NCBI GenBank assembly: GCA_036229005.1
Contig: JAZAMN010000071.1
Location: 64,001-128,000 of the forward strand
DNA length: 64,000 nt
Direction of reading: 5' to 3'
Origin: Myxococcota bacterium
GTDB taxonomy: Bacteria; Myxococcota_A; UBA796; CAJQPC01
Shown here: one piece after another, positions 37,563 to 47,326 of the stretch
Layout: every line of letters begins with the position of its first letter
How positions within the stretch are numbered: the stretch's first letter is position 1
The notes under the pieces: generated by a model
Seen by the model: only the letters and a program-made list of their open reading frames with translations
Databases searched by the model: none
What the model was told of the DNA's origin: nothing
Position numbers and translations under genes: made by a program

Positions 37563-39178
37563 GGACTTCCCCAGGGATCCCGCAGCTCGTTGGGCTTGTC
37601 CTGCTTGGGCTCGGCCGCCGGCTGCGTGGTTGGTGTCGGGTCCTCCTGCGTGCCCGCGCTGGGCTCGGAGGAGGGGGAGGAGGGCGTCTGGGTGCCCGCG
37701 GCTTCGGGGCTCACCGTCTCGGCCTCTGGATTCGTCACGGCCGGGGCCGCGGCCCCGCCCTGCTTCTCTGCACGGGTCCCCACAGGCGAGGTGCGGCTGG
37801 GCGTCTCCGAGCCAGCGCCAGCCTGCGCGTCGGGCGCCGCCGGAGCGGGCTCCGCAGCGGGCTCGATGACTGGCTCAGTGGCCGGCTCCGCTGCGGGCTG
37901 CGCGGCGACCACGGGGGCGGTCTGCGGACGGGTGACCTCGCTGGCGGGCGAGCGCAGCGCGGGCTGAGGTTGGGCCACGGGGGCCGGATCGGTGGGCCGC
38001 TGGGTGCTCCACCACCACACCCCCGCTCCCACCGCGACCAGGGCGAGAAGCCCCACCACCGCGCCCGCGGCTCCGAGTCCGATGGCGAACTCACCGACCG
38101 CGCTGCGCTCCTGGGAGCTCTCGGCGCCGGTGTCCCCCAGCGCCAGGGTGGGCTGGGCGGCCAGCTCGGCGCGCTTGATGGGTTGGGGGGCGTTGGAGGC
38201 CATCGAGTCCTGGTCCAGGCCCTCGGCGACCAGTCGGCCGGCGTCCAGCTCCATGGGGAGGGCGTCACCGTGGCCCTGCAGCTCGCGCTCCACCCGCTTG
38301 AGGGCCCGCTCGAGCTCGCGCATGGAGGCGAAGCGGTTCTCCGGCAGCTTCTCCAGGGAGCGGGCGATCACCCACTCCAGGCTCTCGGGCCAGTCGCGGT
38401 CGGGGAGGGCGTCGGCCAGGGTGGGCCGGGGCGCGTTGACCTGGGCGTTGAGCACGGCCATGGGGTGGTCGCGGCGGAAGGGCAGCTCGCGGGTGAGCAT
38501 CACGTAGAGGCAGCAGCCCAGGCTGTAGACGTCGGTCGCGGGGCTGACGGTCTCGCCCATGACCTGCTCGGGGGCCATGTAGGCGGGGCTGCCCAGGATG
38601 TTCCCGGCGCGGGTGACCTGGGTGCCGGCGTCCATGGGCTTGACCAGGCCGAAGTCCAGGACCTTGACGAAGTCCTCGTCGTGGTCGGGGTCGTGGTCGA
38701 GCACGAAGATGTTGGCCGGCTTGAGGTCCCGGTGGATCACGCCCAGCTCGTGGGCCTGGGCCAGGCTGCGGCAGATCTGGCGGGCCATGCGCACGGCGCG
38801 CACGGGCTGGAGGGGGCCGCCCTGCTTGACCAGGCGGTGCAGGGTCTGGCCCCGCAGCATCTCCATGACCAGAAAGTAGGTGTCGCCGTCCTGCCCGTAG
38901 TCGAACACCCGCACGGTGTTGGGGTGGGAGAGCTGGGCGCAGATCTTGGCCTCGCGGAAGAAGCGCGAGCGGAACTGGCCGTCGTCCTCGACCGAGTCGG
39001 AGAGCTCCAGGACCTTGACGGCGACCTCGCGGTCCAGAGGGGCCTGCTGCGCCCGGTAGACCTGCCCCATGCCGCCCTTGGCGATCATCTCGACCAGTCG
39101 GAAGCGCCCGTCGAGGACGCGTCCCGCCAGGGGGTCGTGGGGTTGGGGGCTCGGCGTGCTGCCGATCTGCTTGTCCAT
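37559..39178 (-). CDS. Membrane Ser/Thr protein kinase
   Basis: GGMGQVY, VAVK, HRDLKPAN, DFG and YMAPE motifs; TM helix; Pro/Ala-rich tail ending NELRDPW. Confidence 0.95.
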   Translation of the reverse strand: MDKQIGSTPSPQPHDPLAGRVLDGRFRLVEMIAKGGMGQVYRAQQAPLDREVAVKVLELSDSVEDDGQFRSRFFREAKICAQLSHPNTVRVFDYGQDGDTYFLVMEMLRGQTLHRLVKQGGPLQPVRAVRMARQICRSLAQAHELGVIHRDLKPANIFVLDHDPDHDEDFVKVLDFGLVKPMDAGTQVTRAGNILGSPAYMAPEQVMGETVSPATDVYSLGCCLYVMLTRELPFRRDHPMAVLNAQVNAPRPTLADALPDRDWPESLEWVIARSLEKLPENRFASMRELERALKRVERELQGHGDALPMELDAGRLVAEGLDQDSMASNAPQPIKRAELAAQPTLALGDTGAESSQERSAVGEFAIGLGAAGAVVGLLALVAVGAGVWWWSTQRPTDPAPVAQPQPALRSPASEVTRPQTAPVVAAQPAAEPATEPVIEPAAEPAPAAPDAQAGAGSETPSRTSPVGTRAEKQGGAAAPAVTNPEAETVSPEAAGTQTPSSPSSEPSAGTQEDPTPTTQPAAEPKQDKPNELRDPWGSP

Positions 39179-39233
39179 GCTTGGTCCTACCCGCCATGGT
39201 ACCGGAATCGGGGCCGCGTGGAGGACCCCCCGC

Positions 39234-40256
39234 ATGTGGATGTGTACGCTCTCACTGGCCCTGGCGGCCCCGGAGCCCAGCGAAGAGGAGCTCCGCTTTG
39301 CTCGCTTTGCCAGTCGTTTCGAGGCCTTGGGGCCGCTCCCCGAGCGGGGCGCCGGCTACCACGCCACCGGCGAGCTCTGGGGCGAGATTGCCAGGGTGGT
39401 GCAAGGTCATCCCGGGATCTTCGAGCCCGAGCACATCGGCAACAGCGTCGATGGGCAGCCGATCTGGGCGGTGCGCGCGGAGCCCGTGGACGGCCCGGCC
39501 CGCATCGAGGTTGTGGTGGTCGCCCAGCTCCACGCCCTGGAGTTCGTCAGCGCCGAGGTCGCCCTCTCCCTGCTCCAGACCTGGGCCGAGCACCCACCCC
39601 GCGGCGTGGCGATGACGGTGGTGCCCGTGGCCAACCCGGACGGCCGCTGGCGCGTGGAGCAGGACCTACGCAGCGGCGCCCCCAAGGACACCTACCGCCG
39701 CGCGAACTCCGAGCTGGTGGATCTGAACCGCGACTACGCCGTGCACCGCGAGCCGGACACCTGGCTGTGGCCGCGCCTGCCCATCACCCGGGGCTTCTAC
39801 GAGGTCTCTCCGGCGCCGCTGTCCCAGCCCGAGACCCAGGCCATCGCGGCGCTGCTGGACCGCATCCAGCCCGACGACGTGGTCGATCTGCACGCCCCCG
39901 GCGGGTACATCCTGGTGCCCTGGGCCGGCCGCTATGAACGCAGCCCCGAGTACGCACAGCTCATGGAGAAGGCCACCGCCATGCAGGAGGCCATGCCCGG
40001 CCGCCCCTACCGCGCCATGCAGCTCTGCCACTGGACGCGCACCTTCCGGGCTCTGGGCGCGCTGATCGACCACGCGCACGCGAGCGGGAGCGACGCCTTC
40101 CTGGTGGAGCTGGGCACCCTGGGCGCCCGGCAGCTTGGCCAGGACAAGTTCCGCTACTACAACCCCAAGGATGTGGAGCGCGTCGTGGCGGACGGGACCG
40201 CCGCCGTGATGGGCCTGGTCCGCTTCGAGGAAGGGCGCGCAAGGGGGCTGGAGTGA
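39234..40256 (+). CDS. M14 family zinc carboxypeptidase
   Basis: HALE zinc motif, NPDG, RRAN..VDLNRDY, SQPETQA and DLH. Confidence 0.9.
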   Translation: MWMCTLSLALAAPEPSEEELRFARFASRFEALGPLPERGAGYHATGELWGEIARVVQGHPGIFEPEHIGNSVDGQPIWAVRAEPVDGPARIEVVVVAQLHALEFVSAEVALSLLQTWAEHPPRGVAMTVVPVANPDGRWRVEQDLRSGAPKDTYRRANSELVDLNRDYAVHREPDTWLWPRLPITRGFYEVSPAPLSQPETQAIAALLDRIQPDDVVDLHAPGGYILVPWAGRYERSPEYAQLMEKATAMQEAMPGRPYRAMQLCHWTRTFRALGALIDHAHASGSDAFLVELGTLGARQLGQDKFRYYNPKDVERVVADGTAAVMGLVRFEEGRARGLE

Positions 40257-40693
40257 CCCTGCTGGCTGCTGTTGTCCTCGCCTGCGCCGGGTGGTTTGAG
40301 CCCGCTCCCAGCACGCACCCGCTGCCCGTGGTGAGCCACGATGTCCAGGCGCTGCGATCCCTCGCTCCCCTCCCGGAGAGGGTGGAGGAGGTGAGCTGGG
40401 TGTACGCACCCATCGGCACACCGGGCCTGCTCGGTCCCACCGACTACAAGCTCAGCGCCTGGGTCACCGGCGAGGTCACCCTGGCCGAGACCGAGGCGCT
40501 CTACGGCAGCGATGGCGAGCTCGGGCTCTGGCGGGTTGACACCCAGGGAGTGCTGCCGCCGGTCGGGAGCTTCCAGGTGGACAAGGACGGCAACGTCAGC
40601 ATCCGCGGGACCGCCTACGCGCAGGACGGGCCGATGCTGACGCGGGTGATCGTGGGGTCGGAGGGGATCTGGATCGAGGGGATGACGCGCTGA
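40253..40693 (+). CDS. Hypothetical lipoprotein
   Basis: GTGA overlap, VLAC lipobox, GPTDY motif. Confidence 0.65.
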   Translation: MTLLAAVVLACAGWFEPAPSTHPLPVVSHDVQALRSLAPLPERVEEVSWVYAPIGTPGLLGPTDYKLSAWVTGEVTLAETEALYGSDGELGLWRVDTQGVLPPVGSFQVDKDGNVSIRGTAYAQDGPMLTRVIVGSEGIWIEGMTR

Positions 40694-40696
40694 TCA

Positions 40697-40989
40697 GCGC
40701 AAGTGCGGGTGAACGCAACAGCCGCCCGCTCAAGTAGGGCTGAACGCAACAACCGCCTGCGCAAGTCCGGGTGAACGCAACAAATCGGGCGCGGAGGGCG
40801 GGCCGCCGCGCGGGGCCCAACCTGATTCCAAGCACTTGGAAGAACCGCCTCCGCCAAGCCAGCCGCGAATGTTGCGTTCAGCGGCACTTGCGCGCCGCCT
40901 CGTTGCGTTCAGCGGCACTTGCGCGCCGCCCCGTTGCATTCAGCGGCACTTGCGCGCCGCCTCGTTGCGTTCAGCGGCACTTGCGCGCC
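40697..40989. repeat. Element E4: 3x31-bp array + spacer + 4x31-bp inverted array between convergent genes
   Basis: TGAACGCAAC at 40710/40741/40772; GTTGC(G/A)TTCA at 40871/40902/40933/40964; CAAGT vs CACTTG. Confidence 0.92.
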
Positions 40990-42468
40990 TCAGCGCCGGC
41001 GCCGCAGCCCCAAACCCACCATCCCGACCACCAGCAGCCAGCCCCAGGCCGCGCCAGCCGGTGCGGTGCTGCAGCCCAGGCCGCCGCCGCCCTTGTACTG
41101 GCCGTCCAGGTCCTGGCTGGGGAAGTCGTCGCTGGGATCCAGCAGGTCGGTGCCGCGGTCGGCCTCGACGCCGTCGCGCACGCCGCCGTTGTCGGTGTCC
41201 GGGTTCAGGGGGTCGGAGCCGTACTCGTTGACCTCCTCGCCGTCGGTGAGGGTGTCGCGGTCGCTGTCCGGGTCCCAGGGGTCGGTGCCGTGCTCGTCCA
41301 CCTCCTCGCCGTCGCTGAGCCCGTCGTCATCGGAGTCGGCGTCGGTGGGGTTGGTGGCGGTCTCGTTGACCTCGCGGCCGTCGTCCAGGCCGTCGTCGTC
41401 GGTGTCGGCGTCGGTGGGATCGGTGCCGTGGTTGTTGACCTCGGCCCCGTCCAGCAGGCTGTCGCCATCGGTGTCCGGGTCGTTGGGGTCGCTGCCCCAC
41501 TCCAGGACCTCCTCGCCGTCGCTCAGGCCGTCGTCGTCGGAGTCGTAGTCGTTGGGGTCGGTGTCGTGGGTGTTGACCTCGGCGCCGTCACCCAGGCCGT
41601 CGCCGTCGGTGTCGAAGAGGTTGGGGTCGGTGCCCCACTCGTAGACCTCCTCCCAGTCGCTGAGGCCGTCGCCGTCGCTGTCGCCGTACTCCGGGGAGCA
41701 GACGCTCTCGCCGCGGGGATCAAGCAGGGTGTAGGTCACCGTGTCCTGGCTCAGGATGTAGAAGCCGAACTCGCCGCCCGTGGGGAAGCTGCCGGACTCG
41801 TCGAACTCCAGGGAGCCGTCGATCCACACGCGGATGCGGCTGGCGGTGTACTCCAGGTCCACGGTGTAGGTGCGGTCGAAGGTCCAGCCGACCTCGCCGA
41901 AGTTGTTGCCGGTGGCGACCACGCTGGCGCTGCCGGTCTGCTGCCACAGGTCCGTGTCCACGGTGGGGCCCTGCACCCGCATCATGGTCAGGCCCTTGGG
42001 GCAGTAGCCCAGCCCGGTGGTGTCCTGGTCGCCCTTCTTCCAGCTCCACACCATCCAGTCGGCGCTGGTGTTGGTGCTGTCGCCGGGGTGGTAGCCCACC
42101 AGGAAGCCGATGATGTCGTCGTCCCAGCTCGTGCCGGCGGTCATCTCGAAGCGGATGTTGCCGCTCTCGGCCGGCAGGTTGGTCAGGTAGACGCCGGGCG
42201 CGGCGTTCTGGGACTGGGTGACGGTGCGCTGGTCGCTGGACAGGGTCCAGTCGGGGTCGCCGTCGTGGCTGTAGCTGGTGGGCAGGACCTCATCGAACTG
42301 CAGCTCGAAGGTGCCGTCCACGCAGGACCAGCCGGCCTCCACCTGGCAGGTGGACGAGCAGCCGTCGGCCGAGGCCTTGTTGCGGTCGTCGCAGGTCTCG
42401 CCGCTGTCGACCACGCCGTCGCCGCAAGCGGCCTGGGCCATGGACAAGGAGAGCAGGGTGAGGAGCAT
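40990..42468 (-). CDS. Secreted Ca-binding surface protein: Myxococcus Cys-rich repeat, lectin/TSP-C-like domain, bacterial TSP3 repeats, MYXO-CTERM-like tail
   Basis: [21 protein letters not shown]; ~8 DxDxDGLxDGxEV repeats; GGGLGCS..WLL..GLRRRR. Confidence 0.88.
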   Translation of the reverse strand: MLLTLLSLSMAQAACGDGVVDSGETCDDRNKASADGCSSTCQVEAGWSCVDGTFELQFDEVLPTSYSHDGDPDWTLSSDQRTVTQSQNAAPGVYLTNLPAESGNIRFEMTAGTSWDDDIIGFLVGYHPGDSTNTSADWMVWSWKKGDQDTTGLGYCPKGLTMMRVQGPTVDTDLWQQTGSASVVATGNNFGEVGWTFDRTYTVDLEYTASRIRVWIDGSLEFDESGSFPTGGEFGFYILSQDTVTYTLLDPRGESVCSPEYGDSDGDGLSDWEEVYEWGTDPNLFDTDGDGLGDGAEVNTHDTDPNDYDSDDDGLSDGEEVLEWGSDPNDPDTDGDSLLDGAEVNNHGTDPTDADTDDDGLDDGREVNETATNPTDADSDDDGLSDGEEVDEHGTDPWDPDSDRDTLTDGEEVNEYGSDPLNPDTDNGGVRDGVEADRGTDLLDPSDDFPSQDLDGQYKGGGGLGCSTAPAGAAWGWLLVVGMVGLGLRRRR

Positions 42469-42576
42469 GGGAACCGTCCTGTTTTGCGCCCGGTGCCGGC
42501 GCGGTCCCGCCCTATAGCCGACAATTCCCTGACACCACCATTTCTTTGACAGCAGGCCCCTCATTGGCGGTTCTGC

Positions 42577-42604
42577 TTGACGCCCCGGGACAAAGGGCTA
42601 CCTC
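42577..42604 (+). promoter_or_regulatory. Candidate sigma70 promoter of the ABC operon
   Basis: TTGACG-N16-TACCTC; additional TGAC repeats at 42530 and 42547. Confidence 0.4.
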
Positions 42605-42640
42605 CCCACACGACAAATCGGGCAATGGGAGGCCCGCCCC

Positions 42641-43570
42641 ATGATCGAGGTATCCGAACTCACCCGCTACTACGGCCGCCACGCCGCGGTGCGGGACCTG
42701 AGCTTCTCCATCCAGGATCGCGAGATCGTTGGCTTTCTGGGCCTCAACGGCGCCGGCAAGTCCACCACCCTCAAGGTCCTCGCCGGCCTGCTCCTGCCCA
42801 GCTCCGGCACTGTGACGGTCGACGGTGTGGACGTGGTGAGCGCGCCCGACTCCCTGCGCGCCCAGATCGGCTTCCTCCCGGAGGACGCCCCCCTCTACAA
42901 GGACATGCGCGTCCGCGACTTTGTGCTCCACGTCGGCCAGCTCAAGGGCATGAGCGCCGCCCAGGCCGAGGCCCGCGTCGACGAGGTCCTGGACCGCTGC
43001 GGCCTCGCCCCGCGCGCCCGCCAGGTCATCTCCGAGCTCTCCCACGGCTACCGCAAGCGCGTCGGCATCGCCCAGGCCATCATCCACCAGCCCAAGCTGG
43101 TCATCCTGGACGAGCCCATCTCCGGCCTGGACCCCCTCCAGATCCGCGAGATCCGCCAGGTCATCCGCGGCCTCAAGCAGGACTGCACCGTCCTGATCTC
43201 CAGCCACATCCTCTCCGAGATCTCCCAGACCTGCGACCGCATCCTGGTCCTCAAGGACGGCCAACTGGTCGCCGAGGGCACCGAGGATGAGCTCGCCGCT
43301 CGCCAGTCCGGTGGTGGCAGCCTGAGCCTGGAGATCCGCGGTGACCAGGCCCGGGTCCAGCAGGTGCTCGAGGGGCTGGAGTCCGTCTCTTCGGTCTCCG
43401 TCCACACCGTCCAGGACGGGGTGGTGCACTGCAGCGTGCAGCTCAGCTCCGACACCCGCGAGGACATCGTGGCCGCGATCGTGGCCGCCGGCCTGGGCCT
43501 GCGTCGCCTGGACGACGGGGACGCCGAGCTGGAAGAGATCTTCGTGAACCTCACCCAGGGGAAGAACTGA
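42641..43570 (+). CDS. ABC transporter ATP-binding protein (GldA-like)
   Basis: GLNGAGKST, LSHGYRKRVG, LDEP and SSH motifs. Confidence 0.95.
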   Translation: MIEVSELTRYYGRHAAVRDLSFSIQDREIVGFLGLNGAGKSTTLKVLAGLLLPSSGTVTVDGVDVVSAPDSLRAQIGFLPEDAPLYKDMRVRDFVLHVGQLKGMSAAQAEARVDEVLDRCGLAPRARQVISELSHGYRKRVGIAQAIIHQPKLVILDEPISGLDPLQIREIRQVIRGLKQDCTVLISSHILSEISQTCDRILVLKDGQLVAEGTEDELAARQSGGGSLSLEIRGDQARVQQVLEGLESVSSVSVHTVQDGVVHCSVQLSSDTREDIVAAIVAAGLGLRRLDDGDAELEEIFVNLTQGKN

Positions 43571-44295
43571 TGCGCGGCTTGATCCTGGTCGCCAAGCGCG
43601 AGCTGGGGGCGTACCTCAACACCTCCATGGGCTACGTCATCGTGGCCATCTTCCTGATGCTGGAGGGCCTCTTCTTCAACGCCTTCGCCGTCGGGAGCAG
43701 CCCCAAGGCCAGCGCGGATGTGCTGTCCGACTTCTTCTACTTCTCCTTTGGCTGCACGGTGGCCGCGGCGGTGTTCCTGAGCATGCGCCTGATCGCCGAA
43801 GAGCGGCAGACCGGCACCATTGTGCTGGTGCAGGCCAGCCCCCTGGCCAACTGGCAGCTCGTGGGCGGCAAGTTCCTGAGCGTGCTGGTGCTGCTGGCCG
43901 TGATGATGCTCATCTCCACCTACATGCCGGCCCTGATCTTCGTGAACGGCAAGGTCTCCCTGGGCCAGATTGGCGTGGGCTACCTGGGCGTCTTCCTGGC
44001 CTCCGCCAGCGCCGCCGCCATCGGCACCTTCGGCAGCACTCTCGCCCGCAGCCAGCTCGTGGCCGTCATCATCTCCGGCGTCATCGTGGTCGCCCTGCTG
44101 CTGGCCTGGCTGCTCGGCCGGGTCACCGACCCGCCCCTGGACGAGGTCTGGTCCTACCTGAGCCTCTACGACCGCCACTTCCAGCCCTTCCAGAAGGGCC
44201 GCCTGAACACGGAAGACGTGGTGTTCTACCTCTCCATGTGCTTCGGCTTCCTGATGCTCTCCACCCGGACCCTCAGCGCGCGGAGGTGGAAGTGA
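43570..44295 (+). CDS. ABC-2 type permease (GldF-like)
   Basis: 6 TM segments; MRLIAEERQTGT..GKF motif. Confidence 0.9.
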   Translation: MRGLILVAKRELGAYLNTSMGYVIVAIFLMLEGLFFNAFAVGSSPKASADVLSDFFYFSFGCTVAAAVFLSMRLIAEERQTGTIVLVQASPLANWQLVGGKFLSVLVLLAVMMLISTYMPALIFVNGKVSLGQIGVGYLGVFLASASAAAIGTFGSTLARSQLVAVIISGVIVVALLLAWLLGRVTDPPLDEVWSYLSLYDRHFQPFQKGRLNTEDVVFYLSMCFGFLMLSTRTLSARRWK

Positions 44296-46157
44296 GCCCC
44301 GCAGCCATCCTGACCCTGGGCTCTCTGGCCCTGATCTTCGTCGGCCAGCGCCTGCTCACCGACACCACCGGCCTGGTGGTCTCCCTGGTGGGCGCCGCCG
44401 GCCTGGTCGCCGCCCTGGTCCTGCGCGTGCAGGCCCGCGGAAAGGCCGCCCACCCCAGCACCGCGGACGCCCACAAGCGCGCCTTGTTCCTGGGCATCGG
44501 CGTGCTGGCCTCCATGGCGCTCTACACCCTGAGCACCGACTGGTTCATCGACCTGGCCGGCCTGCAGGATGAGGCGGCGAGCCGCTGGCAGGTGGTGTTC
44601 TACGCCCTGTGGCCCATCGTCCTGCTCTGCTCCGCGGCCCCCCTGATGCTGCTGGACAGCGCCATCGAGGACAGCCCGCTGGCGGTGCAGCCCCTGCGGG
44701 TCAAGCACGCCGTGGACAACGGCCTGATCGCCGCCCTGGGCGTGAGCCTGCTCTTCCCGGTGAACTACCTGGCCAGCGAGCACAACGAGCGCTTTGACCT
44801 CGCCTACTTCAAGACCACCGAGGTTGGAGGGGCCTCCGCGGCGATCGTTGAGAGCCTCAGTGAGCCCGTGCTGGTCCGCATCTTCCTCCCCACCTCCTCG
44901 GACGTGGAGCCCGAGCTGCTGCCCTACTTCGAGCAGCTCGCCGCCCTCAACCCCGAGCACTTCTCGGTGCAGGTCATCGACCACGCCGCCGAGCCCGCGC
45001 TGGCCGAGAGCCTCAAGGTGCGCGACAACGGCTACGTCGCCCTGACCATGAACCCGGACACCGAGTCCGAGGTCACCAAGTCCTGGAAGATCGGGACCGA
45101 CCTGGACAAGGCCGAGCGCAACCTCAAGAAGCTGGACGAGGAGTTCCAAAAGCGCATGCTGGACCTGGCCAAGGGTGAGCGCATCGCGTACTTCACCGTC
45201 GGCCACGACGAGCTGAACTGGAAGGGCGGCGAGCTCCCCGAAGACAAGCTCAGCCAGCTCAAGACCGGCCTGCGGAACCTGAACTTCAAGGTCAAGGAGC
45301 TGGGCCTGACCCAGGGTCTGGGCAACAGCATCCCCGACGACGCCAGCGTGGTCGTGGTCATGGGCCCCAAGACCGCGTTCCTGCCCGCGGAGCTCCAGGC
45401 CCTCCAGGACTACCTGGCCCGCGGCGGCTCGGTGCTCATCGCGGTGGAGCCCGGCTCGGACGAGATCGCCGGCCCCCTGCTGGCCCCCCTGGGCGCCAAG
45501 CTCGGCCAGGGCACGCTGACCAGCGACAAGCCCGCCTCCTACATGACCCGCAACCGCAGCCTCTCGGACCGCCAGAACACGGTCACCAACCGCTACTCCA
45601 GCCACGAGAGCACCACCACGCTCTCCAAGTACAGCCGCCAGCTCCAGCTCATCACGCCGCGCGCCGGCTTCCTGGAGGAGGCCACCCCCGGCATCGCGGG
45701 CGCCAAGACCACCGTCACCGTGCGCAGCCTGCAGGACAACTGGGCCGACCTGGACGGCGACTTCGAGCTGAACCCCGCCACCGAGAAGCGCGAGGTCCGG
45801 CCCATCGCCATGGTCGCCACTGGCCCCGCCACCGCCGCCTCCCCGGAGGACCCCGAGGCCCCCGCCGAGTTCCGCGCCGTGCTGGTCGCCGACGCCACCC
45901 TCTTCTCCGATCTGGCCCTGGCCAACCAGGCCAACTCCGTGTTCGTGGGCGACGCCCTGAACTGGCTGCTCGGCGACGAGGAGCTCTCCGGCACCACCGA
46001 GTCCGAAGAGGACGTCAAGATCGAGCACACCAAGGATGACGAGGTCCTGTGGTTCTACGGCAGCTCCCTGGGCGTGCCCCTGATCCTGATGCTCCTGGGT
46101 CTGCTCCGCGTGTCCCGCCGCCGCAAGGACAGCACCGTCCTTCGGGAGGAGGTCTGA
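44292..46157 (+). CDS. GldG family ABC transport auxiliary component
   Basis: N-terminal TMs; YFTVGHDE, IPDDASVVVVMGPK and DALNWL motifs; C-terminal TM. Confidence 0.85.
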   Translation: MSPAAILTLGSLALIFVGQRLLTDTTGLVVSLVGAAGLVAALVLRVQARGKAAHPSTADAHKRALFLGIGVLASMALYTLSTDWFIDLAGLQDEAASRWQVVFYALWPIVLLCSAAPLMLLDSAIEDSPLAVQPLRVKHAVDNGLIAALGVSLLFPVNYLASEHNERFDLAYFKTTEVGGASAAIVESLSEPVLVRIFLPTSSDVEPELLPYFEQLAALNPEHFSVQVIDHAAEPALAESLKVRDNGYVALTMNPDTESEVTKSWKIGTDLDKAERNLKKLDEEFQKRMLDLAKGERIAYFTVGHDELNWKGGELPEDKLSQLKTGLRNLNFKVKELGLTQGLGNSIPDDASVVVVMGPKTAFLPAELQALQDYLARGGSVLIAVEPGSDEIAGPLLAPLGAKLGQGTLTSDKPASYMTRNRSLSDRQNTVTNRYSSHESTTTLSKYSRQLQLITPRAGFLEEATPGIAGAKTTVTVRSLQDNWADLDGDFELNPATEKREVRPIAMVATGPATAASPEDPEAPAEFRAVLVADATLFSDLALANQANSVFVGDALNWLLGDEELSGTTESEEDVKIEHTKDDEVLWFYGSSLGVPLILMLLGLLRVSRRRKDSTVLREEV

Positions 46158-47248
46158 TGAACAAGCAAGTGCTCCTGCTCGGCGGACTGCTGGGCCTGGC
46201 CCTGGTCGGCTCCTACATGAGCTGGACCTCCGAGGACGCCGCCGCCGACCGCGAGGGTGTGGTCCTGCTGGACGCCGCCCCCGAGCAGCTCGCCGGGGTG
46301 CTGTGGACCAGCGAGAACCTGGACGTCGAGATCAGCCGCCGCTCCGACGCCCTGGGCGACTACCTGTGGGTCAAGACCACGGAGAGGAAGGAGGTGGAGG
46401 TCCCCGTCGAGCCTGTGGAGTCCACCGCTACAGTGGCCCCTCCCCCCGAGCCGGGTGTGGATCCTGCCGCAGGCGAGGACACCGAGTCCGGATCCGAGCC
46501 CTCCGAGCCCGAGGTCGAGGTCGAGATCCGCACCACCATCACCGAGTTCAAGGCCGGCCCCACCGGCGACGAGCTCTTCGCGTCCCTGGCCCCGATGGTG
46601 GCCCAGCGCCGCCTGGATGTAGGCGCCGACCGCTACGCCGACTTTGGCCTGGAGAGCCCGGAGGCCACCCTCCAGGTCCAGCGGGCCGGCAAGGAGCCCA
46701 AGGCCATCCAGATCGGCGGCAGCGCCTACGGCACCCGCGACCGCTACGCCCTGGACGGCGAGACCGTCGTGCTCCTGGACCAGGAGATGCTCCGCCCCCT
46801 CAAGTTCGCGACCACCCGCCTGCCGGACCGCGAGCTCTACGGCGTGGAGACCCCCGACATCGCCGGCGTGCGCATCGAGGGCGAGGGCGTGCAGCTCCAG
46901 CTCCAGCAGCTCAACGCGGACGACGCGCGGAACGCCGGCTGGGCCTACGCGGGCCAGGAGGCCGCCGAGACCGACGAGTCCGCGGGCGCCTGGATGGCCA
47001 AGGCCCTGGGCCTCAAGGCCAAGAACTACGTGCAGGCCGACAACGCGCCCGTGAGCACCACCCCGGTGCTCACCCTGGAGCTGGCCGTGGAGGGCGGGGC
47101 CCCCCACAAGGTGGAGATCCTGCAGGGCACGGACCTCGCTGGCGCCGAGCAGTGGTACGCCCGCTCCAGCCACACGCGGGAGCTGGTGGTGCTCCACGAA
47201 GCCCAGGCCAGCGAGCTCGTCGCGGACCTCCCTGCGCTGGTCCCCTGA
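46157..47248 (+). CDS. DUF4340 domain protein
   Basis: N-terminal TM, YADFGLESPE motif; usual fourth gene of GldA/F/G operons. Confidence 0.75.
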   Translation: MNKQVLLLGGLLGLALVGSYMSWTSEDAAADREGVVLLDAAPEQLAGVLWTSENLDVEISRRSDALGDYLWVKTTERKEVEVPVEPVESTATVAPPPEPGVDPAAGEDTESGSEPSEPEVEVEIRTTITEFKAGPTGDELFASLAPMVAQRRLDVGADRYADFGLESPEATLQVQRAGKEPKAIQIGGSAYGTRDRYALDGETVVLLDQEMLRPLKFATTRLPDRELYGVETPDIAGVRIEGEGVQLQLQQLNADDARNAGWAYAGQEAAETDESAGAWMAKALGLKAKNYVQADNAPVSTTPVLTLELAVEGGAPHKVEILQGTDLAGAEQWYARSSHTRELVVLHEAQASELVADLPALVP

Positions 47249-47326
47249 GCGCACATCAGGGAGAACCCTGACACATACCTGCAAGGCAACTGAGGAGAAA
47301 GCCGGTAGGGGCTACCCTATCGACGA

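Noticed and set aside
41130..41690. Tandem DNA repeats within 40990..42468
   Set aside because: Fully explained by coding Ca-binding TSP3-like peptide repeats.
42641..47248. GldA/F/G operon as evidence of Bacteroidetes-type gliding machinery
   Set aside because: This ABC family is widespread, and the motility function cannot be inferred from sequence alone.
47256..47271. Hairpin TCAGGG-AGAA-CCCTGA after the ABC operon as a terminator or sRNA
   Set aside because: Short stem without a U-tract; insufficient support.
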